Translations under genes and position numbers: made by a program | The notes under the pieces: model-generated | Told to the model about the DNA's origin: nothing | Database searches by the model: none | Seen by the model: the letters and a program-made list of their open reading frames with translations, nothing else | Virus record (IMG/VR): IMGVR_UViG_3300025840_000011 | DNA: 64,000 nucleotides | Source: a virus | Direction: 5' to 3' (one strand) | Part shown: one piece after another, positions 1 through 9,037 of the stretch | Position numbering within the stretch: the stretch's first letter is position 1 | Layout: each line of letters opens with the position of its first letter

Positions 1-2
1 TC

Positions 3-560
3 CTGATTAAGACAGAACTCTCTATAGAGACGTGGAGAGAGGTATACAAATTATTTGCACACCCTGCGGGAATGTATCTTGGGGGTGAGGTACAGATCGT
101 TACCTCCGTGGATATGGATATTGAAGATCAACCAAATCCGGGCGTATTCGATGTACCGCCATTTATTATCGAAACAGAGGCTGCAATAACTCCGATTGCG
201 AGAACAAGTGCAACTGGTCTGTTCGATTTCAACGCACCAGACGGGACAACGCAATTGTTTAGAACGACACTGGGTAACCAGACAACACAACCGAATCAGT
301 ACGGTAACGATCTTAGTGACGTTAAGGATGCGACTCTCGAAGAGGTCGCCAACTTGTACACCAGTATCGCTGAGATGATCGAAGTCGATTCTCCGACTCT
401 TGATGAAGATTCGGATGGTAACACTGGTGCAGTTTCACACAGTGGTTTCGATATCAGTTCTACAGAAACTATCGACCAAGACAAGTTTGATTGGAAGGAT
501 TCGGACGATATCAGTAACCTTGACGAATTATTTGATTCAGATTACAACAACAATCTGTAA
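3..560 (+). CDS. Baseplate wedge protein (gp7-like), 5'-truncated by the window edge
   Basis: Frame is open from position 3 (LIKTELSIETWREVYKLFAHPAGMYLGGEV). The HPAG motif is typical of marine T4-like gp7-like wedge proteins, and it precedes gp9/gp8. Confidence 0.6.
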   Translation: MIKTELSIETWREVYKLFAHPAGMYLGGEVQIVTSVDMDIEDQPNPGVFDVPPFIIETEAAITPIARTSATGLFDFNAPDGTTQLFRTTLGNQTTQPNQYGNDLSDVKDATLEEVANLYTSIAEMIEVDSPTLDEDSDGNTGAVSHSGFDISSTETIDQDKFDWKDSDDISNLDELFDSDYNNNL

Positions 561-566
561 TACTAG

Positions 567-574
567 TATAAATA
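567..574 (+). promoter_or_regulatory. T4-type late promoter TATAAATA
   Basis: Exact gp55 consensus in the intergenic gap upstream of 603. Confidence 0.8.
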
Positions 575-602
575 GACGTATAGGATTTTAGGGTAACTAA
601 AG

Positions 603-1646
603 ATGACAAGACAACTTCTTAATAGAGGGACTACCGCCAACGATGGTACAGGTGATACACTTCGTGCGGCAACCCTAAAGATAGAACAAAACCTTACCGA
701 ACTCTACCTCAAACTGGGTGGAGACAGTACCGTTTTGATGCCACAAGTCTCGTTTGATAGTAACCACTTAGTTTTTGATAGTGCAACTTATGAAGTAAGG
801 TTGGGACCACCTACACCGACTTCAAATCAAATTTTGACACTACCAGATCATACTGGTGTGTTGATTTCAGACTCGGCGACACAGACCCTCACAAACAAAA
901 CTTTAGTTACTCCGTATTTCAAATCATTGGGCCCGGACTCTTCGGCCGCAATTAAAATTTGGGACACAGACTCAAGTCACACATATGATCTGGTGTCTTC
1001 GAACATTGCGGCAAGTCGTACAATCACATTACCCCCATTGACTGATAGTGATGAGTTTACGTTCAACAATCACCAACAGACACTAACAAATAAAGAACTT
1101 CACGCACCCGTCATCGAAAATGCGAAGATTGGTGGTGTTTCGGGAGGCGGTAACTTCCAAGACAGTAATGGTAATGAGTATCTGGAATTTGCGAGAACTG
1201 CTGGGGCGATTAACCACGTTAAGATTCAGAACAACACAAACAACAACCCACCCACAATTTCTGCCGTTGGAGATGATAACCACATCGATCTGGATATTCA
1301 GTCCAAGGGATCAGGTGCAATTAAGTTGTCTACCAGACTGCAACTTGGGTATGAAAACTTTACTACCGCAACCGGAGGATCTGTAAACACAAACGTTCCT
1401 TTAACTTGGTTTAACTTGGGTAGTGGTATCACGTGTGGTATGGGGGATCTATCAAACGACGATAAAGGTACAATTAAGTATCTTATAAATCAGAATAGTG
1501 GATCGGCGGTAATCACACCAACTAATTTGCAAAATTATTCGACGATTACATTACTCGTAAATCAATCTGCTACATGTCTTTGGGACGGAACGGAATGGAT
1601 TGTGTTGAACGTTGGTGGTGATTCTGAAGGCGCTATATTGGCATAA
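603..1646 (+). CDS. Baseplate tail-fibre connector, gp9/gp10-like N-terminus
   Basis: N-terminal GTTANDGTGDTLR motif; repeated QTLTNK motifs; position in the baseplate cluster. Confidence 0.7.
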   Translation: MTRQLLNRGTTANDGTGDTLRAATLKIEQNLTELYLKLGGDSTVLMPQVSFDSNHLVFDSATYEVRLGPPTPTSNQILTLPDHTGVLISDSATQTLTNKTLVTPYFKSLGPDSSAAIKIWDTDSSHTYDLVSSNIAASRTITLPPLTDSDEFTFNNHQQTLTNKELHAPVIENAKIGGVSGGGNFQDSNGNEYLEFARTAGAINHVKIQNNTNNNPPTISAVGDDNHIDLDIQSKGSGAIKLSTRLQLGYENFTTATGGSVNTNVPLTWFNLGSGITCGMGDLSNDDKGTIKYLINQNSGSAVITPTNLQNYSTITLLVNQSATCLWDGTEWIVLNVGGDSEGAILA

Positions 1647-1661
1647 AATAGGACGAGATAA

Positions 1662-3074
1662 ATGGCTGCGGTTATTACAGATAAATTAAAAAAACAACTC
1701 CTTGTTGACATATATAAGGATTTTAAAGATTCCGATAATTACTATTATGCGGGAATTGGTCGTTCTCAGGATTGGAATGATTCTGATGTTGCACCTGTTC
1801 CTCATAATACTGTTCGGGATGAAAGAAACCTTCGTCTTGATTTACAGTCAGTAAAAAATATCACAGACATTTCCTTTGTCGTTCCTCGTGAGAACTGGGT
1901 ATCTGGTGCGGTTTATTCTGGATACAACGATAACCAAGACGGTTATCCCACAAACTCCTATTACGCCATGAACGATAACCAACAGGTTTATATCTGTCTG
2001 CAACAGAGTAGAACAAACGCCAACCCGCCTCAGGTAATCGCATCTACAATTCAACCAACAGGAAACACTGAGGGTACTCCGTTCCGAACTGTGGACGGTT
2101 ACATGTGGAAATTCCTGTACTCTATTGGTGCATTGAAGGCGTCTAAGTTTATTTCGTCTGCGTACATTCCCGTTGCGAAAATGCAAGACAGTTCAGGTGC
2201 GACACTTCTGTTAGATCAAATTGGAGTTGACTCCGACTCTCCTGCGGAAGACGTAGAACAACAACTGATTCAACAGGCTGCGGTTGGTGGACAGATTTTG
2301 GGTTACACTATTGTAAATGGTGGAACCGGATATACAAGTGCACCTACTGCCACAATAGTTGGAGACGGTACAAACGCAAAGGCGGTTGTTGAGACTGCGG
2401 GTAACACAATCACTAAAGTTTATGTCAAGGATAGTTCCGATGGTTCTATCGCATTCGGTCAAAACTATACTTACGCAAACGTAACCTTGACTGGTGGTGG
2501 TGGCGCCGGTGGGTCAATCAGACCCATCATTGGACCCGAAAAAGGACTTGGTTTTGATGCACGTAATGACCTCAAGTCTTCTGCAATTATGTTTAACACT
2601 AAACCAGATGGTGGTGAGGCGGTAAATGGTAAGAACACATTTGTTGTGTCACAAGATTTCCGTCAAATCGGATTGTTCAAGAACATCATGAAATCTCAAT
2701 TGGTGGATTCTGCATTTACAGAAGAGACCGGACTTGCACTCAACTCTCTAGACTTAACTTCAATTACGGATGGTCCTTTTGTAAACGACCTCGTAATTCA
2801 AGGTGGTACTTCTGGTGCTAAGGCATACATTGTCGATACAGACTCGAACAGTGTGTTTATCTCACAGAACGAATACACCGGATTTACGGTATTCGATTCT
2901 GGCGAAACTATCTCTATCGTAGAGGGTGGTGGTGCAACTACTGCTACAGTGGACAAGGTTCTTACGGGAGTTGTAGATAAACACTCCGGAGAACTTCTAT
3001 ATATTGATAACCGCGCAGCGGTCTTTAGGTCTAACGATCAGACCGAAGATATTAAAATAGTAATTCAACTCTAA
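1662..3074 (+). CDS. gp8: Baseplate wedge subunit gp8
   Basis: VVPRENWVSG, VYICL, DGYMWKFLY and C-terminal SGELLYIDNR...EDIKIVIQL motifs. Confidence 0.85.
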   Translation: MAAVITDKLKKQLLVDIYKDFKDSDNYYYAGIGRSQDWNDSDVAPVPHNTVRDERNLRLDLQSVKNITDISFVVPRENWVSGAVYSGYNDNQDGYPTNSYYAMNDNQQVYICLQQSRTNANPPQVIASTIQPTGNTEGTPFRTVDGYMWKFLYSIGALKASKFISSAYIPVAKMQDSSGATLLLDQIGVDSDSPAEDVEQQLIQQAAVGGQILGYTIVNGGTGYTSAPTATIVGDGTNAKAVVETAGNTITKVYVKDSSDGSIAFGQNYTYANVTLTGGGGAGGSIRPIIGPEKGLGFDARNDLKSSAIMFNTKPDGGEAVNGKNTFVVSQDFRQIGLFKNIMKSQLVDSAFTEETGLALNSLDLTSITDGPFVNDLVIQGGTSGAKAYIVDTDSNSVFISQNEYTGFTVFDSGETISIVEGGGATTATVDKVLTGVVDKHSGELLYIDNRAAVFRSNDQTEDIKIVIQL

Positions 3075-3086
3075 GGTTGTGAAGAA

Positions 3087-6000
3087 ATGGTAAAACCGTA
3101 TACAGAACAGATTTTTAGAACTTCCTATAAGGATGATTTTAAAGATAGTGATAACTATCATCGAATCCTCTTTAACAGTGGACGTGCACTTCAGGCCCGT
3201 GAGTTAACTCAACTTCAAACCATAATCCAATCGGAGATTGAGAGGTTTGCAAGTAACATCTTTGTTGATGGTGCACCTGTAAATCCAGGCGGTATGTCAC
3301 ACTATAATGACCTACCGTTTATTAAAATTGCAGCGACTACCCCTTTACCCGCAGATAAAACAACTCTGAGAAACGTAATTCTCACAGGTGGTCAATCAGG
3401 ACTGAAGGTAAAGGTAGTACATGCTATTGCCGCAGATACCAATACGGGTGATCCCGAAACACTTTACGTTCAATATCTGGACGCTGGAGACCAAGCGGAT
3501 TCTGATGGGTTCGGTGGACCAGTTTTAGCAACCAACCCAAGAGTAACGCCCGGCGAAACGTTGACTGGTAATATTGGACTGTCAGCAGTAGCCTTTGACG
3601 TACAAACAACCAACACTTCAACAAACCCCGCAATCGGATTGGGTAACCTTTTTGAAGTAAACGCTGGTAGTTTCTATGTTCAGGGACACTTCGTGTTCAA
3701 CGAAAATCAAATTATTGTCACACAGAAGTATGCACAAAACTTTACTGGAGAGGTTGGATTTAAGGTTACGCAAGACATTGTAACTTCTTCTGATAACGAG
3801 GCGTTGTTTGACAACCAAGGTGCGACTCCAAACAGATCCTCGCCCGGCGCTGATCGATACAGAATTAGATTAACTCTTATTAAGAAAACAGATCTTGCGG
3901 CAGACGAAAACTATGTACGTGCGGCGAATATTTACCTTGGTGTGATTACCAGTCAGGCGAAGAAGGTTGATGGTTTCAATTCGGTAAAAGATTTTGTCGC
4001 TGTACGAAATAAAGAGATTTCTGGTAACTTCATTAAGAAGTATTTCAAGGCGAACTTTACACCCAATGATGATGACACATTCAAATTAAAGGTAACGCCT
4101 GGCACCGCATACATTAATGGTTATCGTGTTGATATCAGAGCACCTTCTACACTTCTGGTAGACAGACCAAAACAGACGTATACCTTTAACAACGAAAGTG
4201 TGCCGGTTGATTACGGTAACTACTTTGTGGTATCTAATACGGCTGGTGGTCAAGGTATGCCCGATTTCGGTTCGTGTGAAGAGATGACTCTTTATGATTC
4301 CGCAAATCTTGGTGGTACTGCAATTGGTACATGTAGAGCCCGTGCAATTACAGAGTGGCAGAACGGTCTCTATAAGTTACACGTGTTTAACATTCGAATC
4401 ACCACAGCGAACAAGAGTTCGAGAGATGTTCGTTCGTTCGGTAGTGCGGGAACATACTACAACAACTATGTAGCGAACAACCAGACTCTTTTTGATACCA
4501 AGAAAAAGAAACTGATGTTTGACCTTCCCTTCCCAAGACCTCAGTCTTTCAGTGATATGTCTGTCACGGGTCAAAGGGTAAAGAGTGGTACAGCAGATGG
4601 TTCAGGTAACGTTACAATAACATTAACCAGTCTTGACGAAGCGTTTACAAATACTGGTGATTGGGTAATCGCTAGTTCAACTGATGCGTTTGTTACGGGT
4701 TGGACTGTATCTGTTGGTGGAGGAGGAAACACTGCTACGATTAGTGGTCTGAGCAGCGGTACTATCTACGAGATTGCAACTTACGTTCGAAAGAGTAATG
4801 CAACTATTCGATCCAAGACTTTGCAAGAGACAACGACAACAGCGACTCTGGATTCGGATGGAAACGGAAACAAGTACATCGAACTTGGTAAGTCCGATAT
4901 CTATCAACTTTTGAGAGTCCGAAAATACGACTCCGATGGTGATAACATCTTCGGTAACTTCATTCTCGACACGGGTTTGAAAGACACTCACTACGATGAC
5001 GGTAGACTCATCTACAAAAACACTGGTCTTGACTCAGATCAGGAACCAGTATTCGTTCGATACAAATATTTCGAACACGGTAACGGTGACTTCTTTGCTG
5101 TAAACTCCTATACAGGACAGGTAAACTACAGAGATATTCCGGTACACAGAACAGATGATGGAAGACTTGTCTCACTTAGAGACGTAGTTGACTTCCGTCC
5201 TGCAACTAACGGTTCTGGATCTTTTAACGTTGTCAACGAACTACCACAACCTTCGGATCTAGTTTCCGCTGACGTGGCGTATTATGTTGGACGTAAAGAC
5301 AAGTTGATTCTCTCTCAGAACGGTGAGTTGAGATACTTGCAAGGTGTTCCTGAGTTGGATCCTTCTTTCCCAACAACACCCGTTGACTGTATCGATTTGT
5401 ATAAGTTCCACCTCGAACCTTTCACTCTTCACACCAAGGACTTGAAATCGCGTCTTCTTCCCATGAAGGGATACACAATGGAAGACATTGGTAAACTGGA
5501 TAAGAGGATTGATAAGGTAGAAGAGATGGCGACACTCTCTCTATTGGAGTTGTCAACCCTAAGTTTACAGGTACAAGACTCCAATGGTTTGAGTAGAACT
5601 AAGTCCGGTTTCTTTGTGGACAACTTTGCAAATCACCTATTCTCAGATACAAAGAACGTAGAGTATCGTGCGTCACTTGACCCACAAGAAAAACTTTTGC
5701 GTCCTTCACACAGAACACACAACATCGATTTGTTCTGGGATTCTGCACAGGCTGCACAAGATGCGGTGACTAAGAAAGGTGACTTGATATTACTTGATTA
5801 TACCGAAGTTAATTGGTTAGAACAACCTGTTGCGTCTAGGACAGAAAACCTAAACCCCTTCCACATCGAAAAGATCGAAGGACACATCGACTTGTCTCCC
5901 GCATCTGATCACTGGAGGGAGACGGAAATTGCAGCGCCTCACGTTATTGATCAGGGTGCGGTACTTGATACTTCTCAGGCGGTTCTTTGGAACTCGCACC

Positions 6001-8804
6001 AGTGGGATTGGGGTGGAGTAGACATTAACGATCTTCAAGTTGGTGCAACTTCATCTCAGGTAACAGGTACAAATACAACCACAACGGTAGATGTTAGTAC
6101 ACCTCGTATTACAGGTGTATCAGTAAACGTTTCTCAGGGGGAATGGGTTGTAACTGGTACTACTTCAAATACAGAGTCTTTGGGTACACAGTCCGAAATT
6201 GTTTCGCAAGGGACAGAAGAATTTGTGACTACTGAAGTGAACGGTTGGGAAATTGTACCTTGGGGGCCGGGCGATGTATGGGAATTTGGTCAAGGTGGTA
6301 GAGACACGTTTGTTCGTGCGGGTGTGGGAGGTGCGTTTGGATCTATCGTAACTACGACTGATACTGTGACTACAACTGATATCGAAACAAGAGAACAGTT
6401 CGAGACCGTCACAAACACCAGTTTGGCACAAACAACTACGACATCTACTGATACTGAGTGGACCACAGATACAACTACCACAACATCAACTAGTACAACC
6501 ACAACGGTTAACCGTGTGGCTGGTGAACATACAATTAGAGAAACTGTGGGTACTAACGTTATCGACGTTCTTACTATTCCTTTCATGCGTTCTCGTGTGG
6601 TAAGTTTCCGTGGTACTGGTCTCAGACCGAACACTCGTTACTTCCCATTCTTTGACCAAACTTACGTTGGTACATTCATCAAAGGAACTACAGATTTCGA
6701 AAGAATTTCGCAACGTAATCCTGAGTTCCGTAGAACTAACCTAATTCCTTCGGTTGGTCACAGTGAAGATGTCGCCGATGCACTTCTTCTTTCTGATGCA
6801 AACGGTACAGTAACAGGTGAGTTTGAGATTCCTAATAACAGTGCTATGCGATTCCAATGTGGTACAAGAGAATTTGCATTGATCGACATTAGTGTGTATA
6901 ATAAGGATGAGTCTCTCTCATTCGCAACGGCGTTGTATGATGCGGTTGGTCACATCGATGTAATGCAAGACACGGTTCATAGTACACGTGTATTGGAGAT
7001 TGTCGGTGAGTCCACTACAGTAGAAGACGTGAATTCAAATACAGAATCTACTGTTACGACAAGTAACGCTATTACGTCAAGTACTGCTACAGACATTCAG
7101 ACAGAATCTACTATCACCGAAACTGTAACGAACACAACAGAAACGGATACGGTAACGGACGTAACAGTCGTACCAATTCCACCTCCTGTCTATAGTGACC
7201 CTCTCGCACAGACGTTCTCTATTGACGAACAGAACGGTATATTTGCGACTGAGATTGAAGTTTACTTTGCAACTAAGGATGCGGGAGACATTCCGGTTCA
7301 ATTGCAACTTAGACCAGTTGTGAATGGTGTACCTAGTGCACATACTATTGTGCCTGGATCTACTGTATTCAAAACTCCCGCTCAGGTTACTGCGATCAAA
7401 GATCCGGATGATGTAAATATTCAAGATCCAACTACTGCGGAAATGTTGGCGAATGGAACGACATTTAAATTTGATGAACCGATCTTCCTGAAAGGTAGGA
7501 CAGAGTATGCAATCGTTCTTATCTCTGCCTCGATGGAATACAAGGTGTTCATCTCACACGTGACCGATTTCGAACTTGGATCTACAGAGAAGAGAATTGC
7601 GAAACAACCATACTTGGGATCGTTGTTCAAGTCTCAGAACTCTACGTTGTGGGAACCTTCTCAGGACGAAGACCTTGCATTTAAAATCAAGAGGGCGGAC
7701 TTCGTTTCTCAGGGTAACGCATATCTTGAAAACGTTAATGTACCCCCATTGGTTCTGTCGAAGAATCCCTTCCGTAGTTACAACGGTAGTAATACAATCA
7801 CCGTTATCAACAAGAACCACGGTTTGAGGTATGGTGACAAGACTAAGATTTTTGGACTTGACTCTTCGACAACTTACAACGGTATTCTTGGTTCGGACAT
7901 TATGGGTGAAAGACTCGTTACCCGTGTAGACGGAACTGCATTCCAGTTCGCCGCTGACTCATCTGCAAATGCGGACGGAAGGTTTGGTGGTGGTAAGTGT
8001 ACTGCACATACTAACATGACTTTTGAAATTGTCAACCCCACAATTATGACAATGAAACCTGAGACAACTAACATTACTATGGTTGGTAAGTTCTTGTCAC
8101 AATCTTCTCTGGTTGACTCTGCCGATGGTAGATTTAGTCAGTCCGCAGCTTGGCAACCATTGAAGAATGGTTCGAACTATTACTTTGATGCACCTAGGAT
8201 GATTGCGAATAGAATGAATGAGGCGGACGAATTGGGTGTCTATTCATATCCCAAGTCTTCGGTAATCAGGATGTACATGACTACAACTGACAGTAGGGTT
8301 TCTCCGGTAATCGACATGCAACGTGCGGGTCTGACTCTTGTTGGTAACTTGATTGACAAACAAGATTCTGCTGCTACGAATGGTTTCAACGTACCAATTA
8401 GTTGGGTTGATGAAAGACACCCATTCGCCGGTACGCACCTTGCAAAACACGTTACAATTCCAGTAACTCTGGAACAGGATGCAATTGGACTTAAAATCAT
8501 ACTGGCTGCAAACAGACACCCCTCAACAGATTTCGATGTCTATTACAAGACTACTGATGCGGAAAGTGGACTGTTGAACAGTTCTTGGGTTCCTGCATAT
8601 TCGGACAATACAATGCCTACCGATACCAACCCGTCAATCTATCGTGAGTATCGATACACGATTGGTGGTTTTGGGGATACCAACAATACAGGTGGTACTG
8701 ACTTGACTGCGTTCCGGAAGTTCCAAGTAAAGATTGTTTTCAAATCAACAAATAGTGCGAAGGTTCCAATCGTTCGAGACTTGAGGGTCATCGCTGTAAT
8801 TTAA
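3087..8804 (+). CDS. Large virion structural protein (VrlC/DUF4815-like)
   Basis: YHRILF..GRALQARELTQLQ, PGADRY, GFFVDNF and DPLAQTF motifs typical of this family in marine T4-like phages. Confidence 0.8.
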   Translation: MVKPYTEQIFRTSYKDDFKDSDNYHRILFNSGRALQARELTQLQTIIQSEIERFASNIFVDGAPVNPGGMSHYNDLPFIKIAATTPLPADKTTLRNVILTGGQSGLKVKVVHAIAADTNTGDPETLYVQYLDAGDQADSDGFGGPVLATNPRVTPGETLTGNIGLSAVAFDVQTTNTSTNPAIGLGNLFEVNAGSFYVQGHFVFNENQIIVTQKYAQNFTGEVGFKVTQDIVTSSDNEALFDNQGATPNRSSPGADRYRIRLTLIKKTDLAADENYVRAANIYLGVITSQAKKVDGFNSVKDFVAVRNKEISGNFIKKYFKANFTPNDDDTFKLKVTPGTAYINGYRVDIRAPSTLLVDRPKQTYTFNNESVPVDYGNYFVVSNTAGGQGMPDFGSCEEMTLYDSANLGGTAIGTCRARAITEWQNGLYKLHVFNIRITTANKSSRDVRSFGSAGTYYNNYVANNQTLFDTKKKKLMFDLPFPRPQSFSDMSVTGQRVKSGTADGSGNVTITLTSLDEAFTNTGDWVIASSTDAFVTGWTVSVGGGGNTATISGLSSGTIYEIATYVRKSNATIRSKTLQETTTTATLDSDGNGNKYIELGKSDIYQLLRVRKYDSDGDNIFGNFILDTGLKDTHYDDGRLIYKNTGLDSDQEPVFVRYKYFEHGNGDFFAVNSYTGQVNYRDIPVHRTDDGRLVSLRDVVDFRPATNGSGSFNVVNELPQPSDLVSADVAYYVGRKDKLILSQNGELRYLQGVPELDPSFPTTPVDCIDLYKFHLEPFTLHTKDLKSRLLPMKGYTMEDIGKLDKRIDKVEEMATLSLLELSTLSLQVQDSNGLSRTKSGFFVDNFANHLFSDTKNVEYRASLDPQEKLLRPSHRTHNIDLFWDSAQAAQDAVTKKGDLILLDYTEVNWLEQPVASRTENLNPFHIEKIEGHIDLSPASDHWRETEIAAPHVIDQGAVLDTSQAVLWNSHQWDWGGVDINDLQVGATSSQVTGTNTTTTVDVSTPRITGVSVNVSQGEWVVTGTTSNTESLGTQSEIVSQGTEEFVTTEVNGWEIVPWGPGDVWEFGQGGRDTFVRAGVGGAFGSIVTTTDTVTTTDIETREQFETVTNTSLAQTTTTSTDTEWTTDTTTTTSTSTTTTVNRVAGEHTIRETVGTNVIDVLTIPFMRSRVVSFRGTGLRPNTRYFPFFDQTYVGTFIKGTTDFERISQRNPEFRRTNLIPSVGHSEDVADALLLSDANGTVTGEFEIPNNSAMRFQCGTREFALIDISVYNKDESLSFATALYDAVGHIDVMQDTVHSTRVLEIVGESTTVEDVNSNTESTVTTSNAITSSTATDIQTESTITETVTNTTETDTVTDVTVVPIPPPVYSDPLAQTFSIDEQNGIFATEIEVYFATKDAGDIPVQLQLRPVVNGVPSAHTIVPGSTVFKTPAQVTAIKDPDDVNIQDPTTAEMLANGTTFKFDEPIFLKGRTEYAIVLISASMEYKVFISHVTDFELGSTEKRIAKQPYLGSLFKSQNSTLWEPSQDEDLAFKIKRADFVSQGNAYLENVNVPPLVLSKNPFRSYNGSNTITVINKNHGLRYGDKTKIFGLDSSTTYNGILGSDIMGERLVTRVDGTAFQFAADSSANADGRFGGGKCTAHTNMTFEIVNPTIMTMKPETTNITMVGKFLSQSSLVDSADGRFSQSAAWQPLKNGSNYYFDAPRMIANRMNEADELGVYSYPKSSVIRMYMTTTDSRVSPVIDMQRAGLTLVGNLIDKQDSAATNGFNVPISWVDERHPFAGTHLAKHVTIPVTLEQDAIGLKIILAANRHPSTDFDVYYKTTDAESGLLNSSWVPAYSDNTMPTDTNPSIYREYRYTIGGFGDTNNTGGTDLTAFRKFQVKIVFKSTNSAKVPIVRDLRVIAVI

Positions 8805-8812
8805 GGTACGTA

Positions 8813-9037
8813 ATGAGTAAATTGACGAAGATAGAAGACGCTGATGGTTTTTTCCGAAATCAGTCTGGGGTTGTGGTTAATATAAATAAAGAAGACGTTG
8901 CATTAACACAACAAAGAAGACAGAAACGAAAAGACCAAGAAGCGGAACATGTTCACATGGTCGAAACTGTAAAATCATTGGAAGAGGAGATGAGTGAAAT
9001 TAAATCCCTTCTTTCGCAACTAGTAGAGAAATTATAG
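8813..9037 (+). CDS. Small coiled-coil hypothetical protein
   Basis: Packed ORF after the VrlC-like gene; C-terminal EMSEIKSLLSQL helix. Confidence 0.7.
   Translation: MSKLTKIEDADGFFRNQSGVVVNINKEDVALTQQRRQKRKDQEAEHVHMVETVKSLEEEMSEIKSLLSQLVEKL
8881..8888 (+). promoter_or_regulatory. Late promoter TATAAATA (intragenic, upstream of 9038)
   Basis: Exact consensus. Confidence 0.5.
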
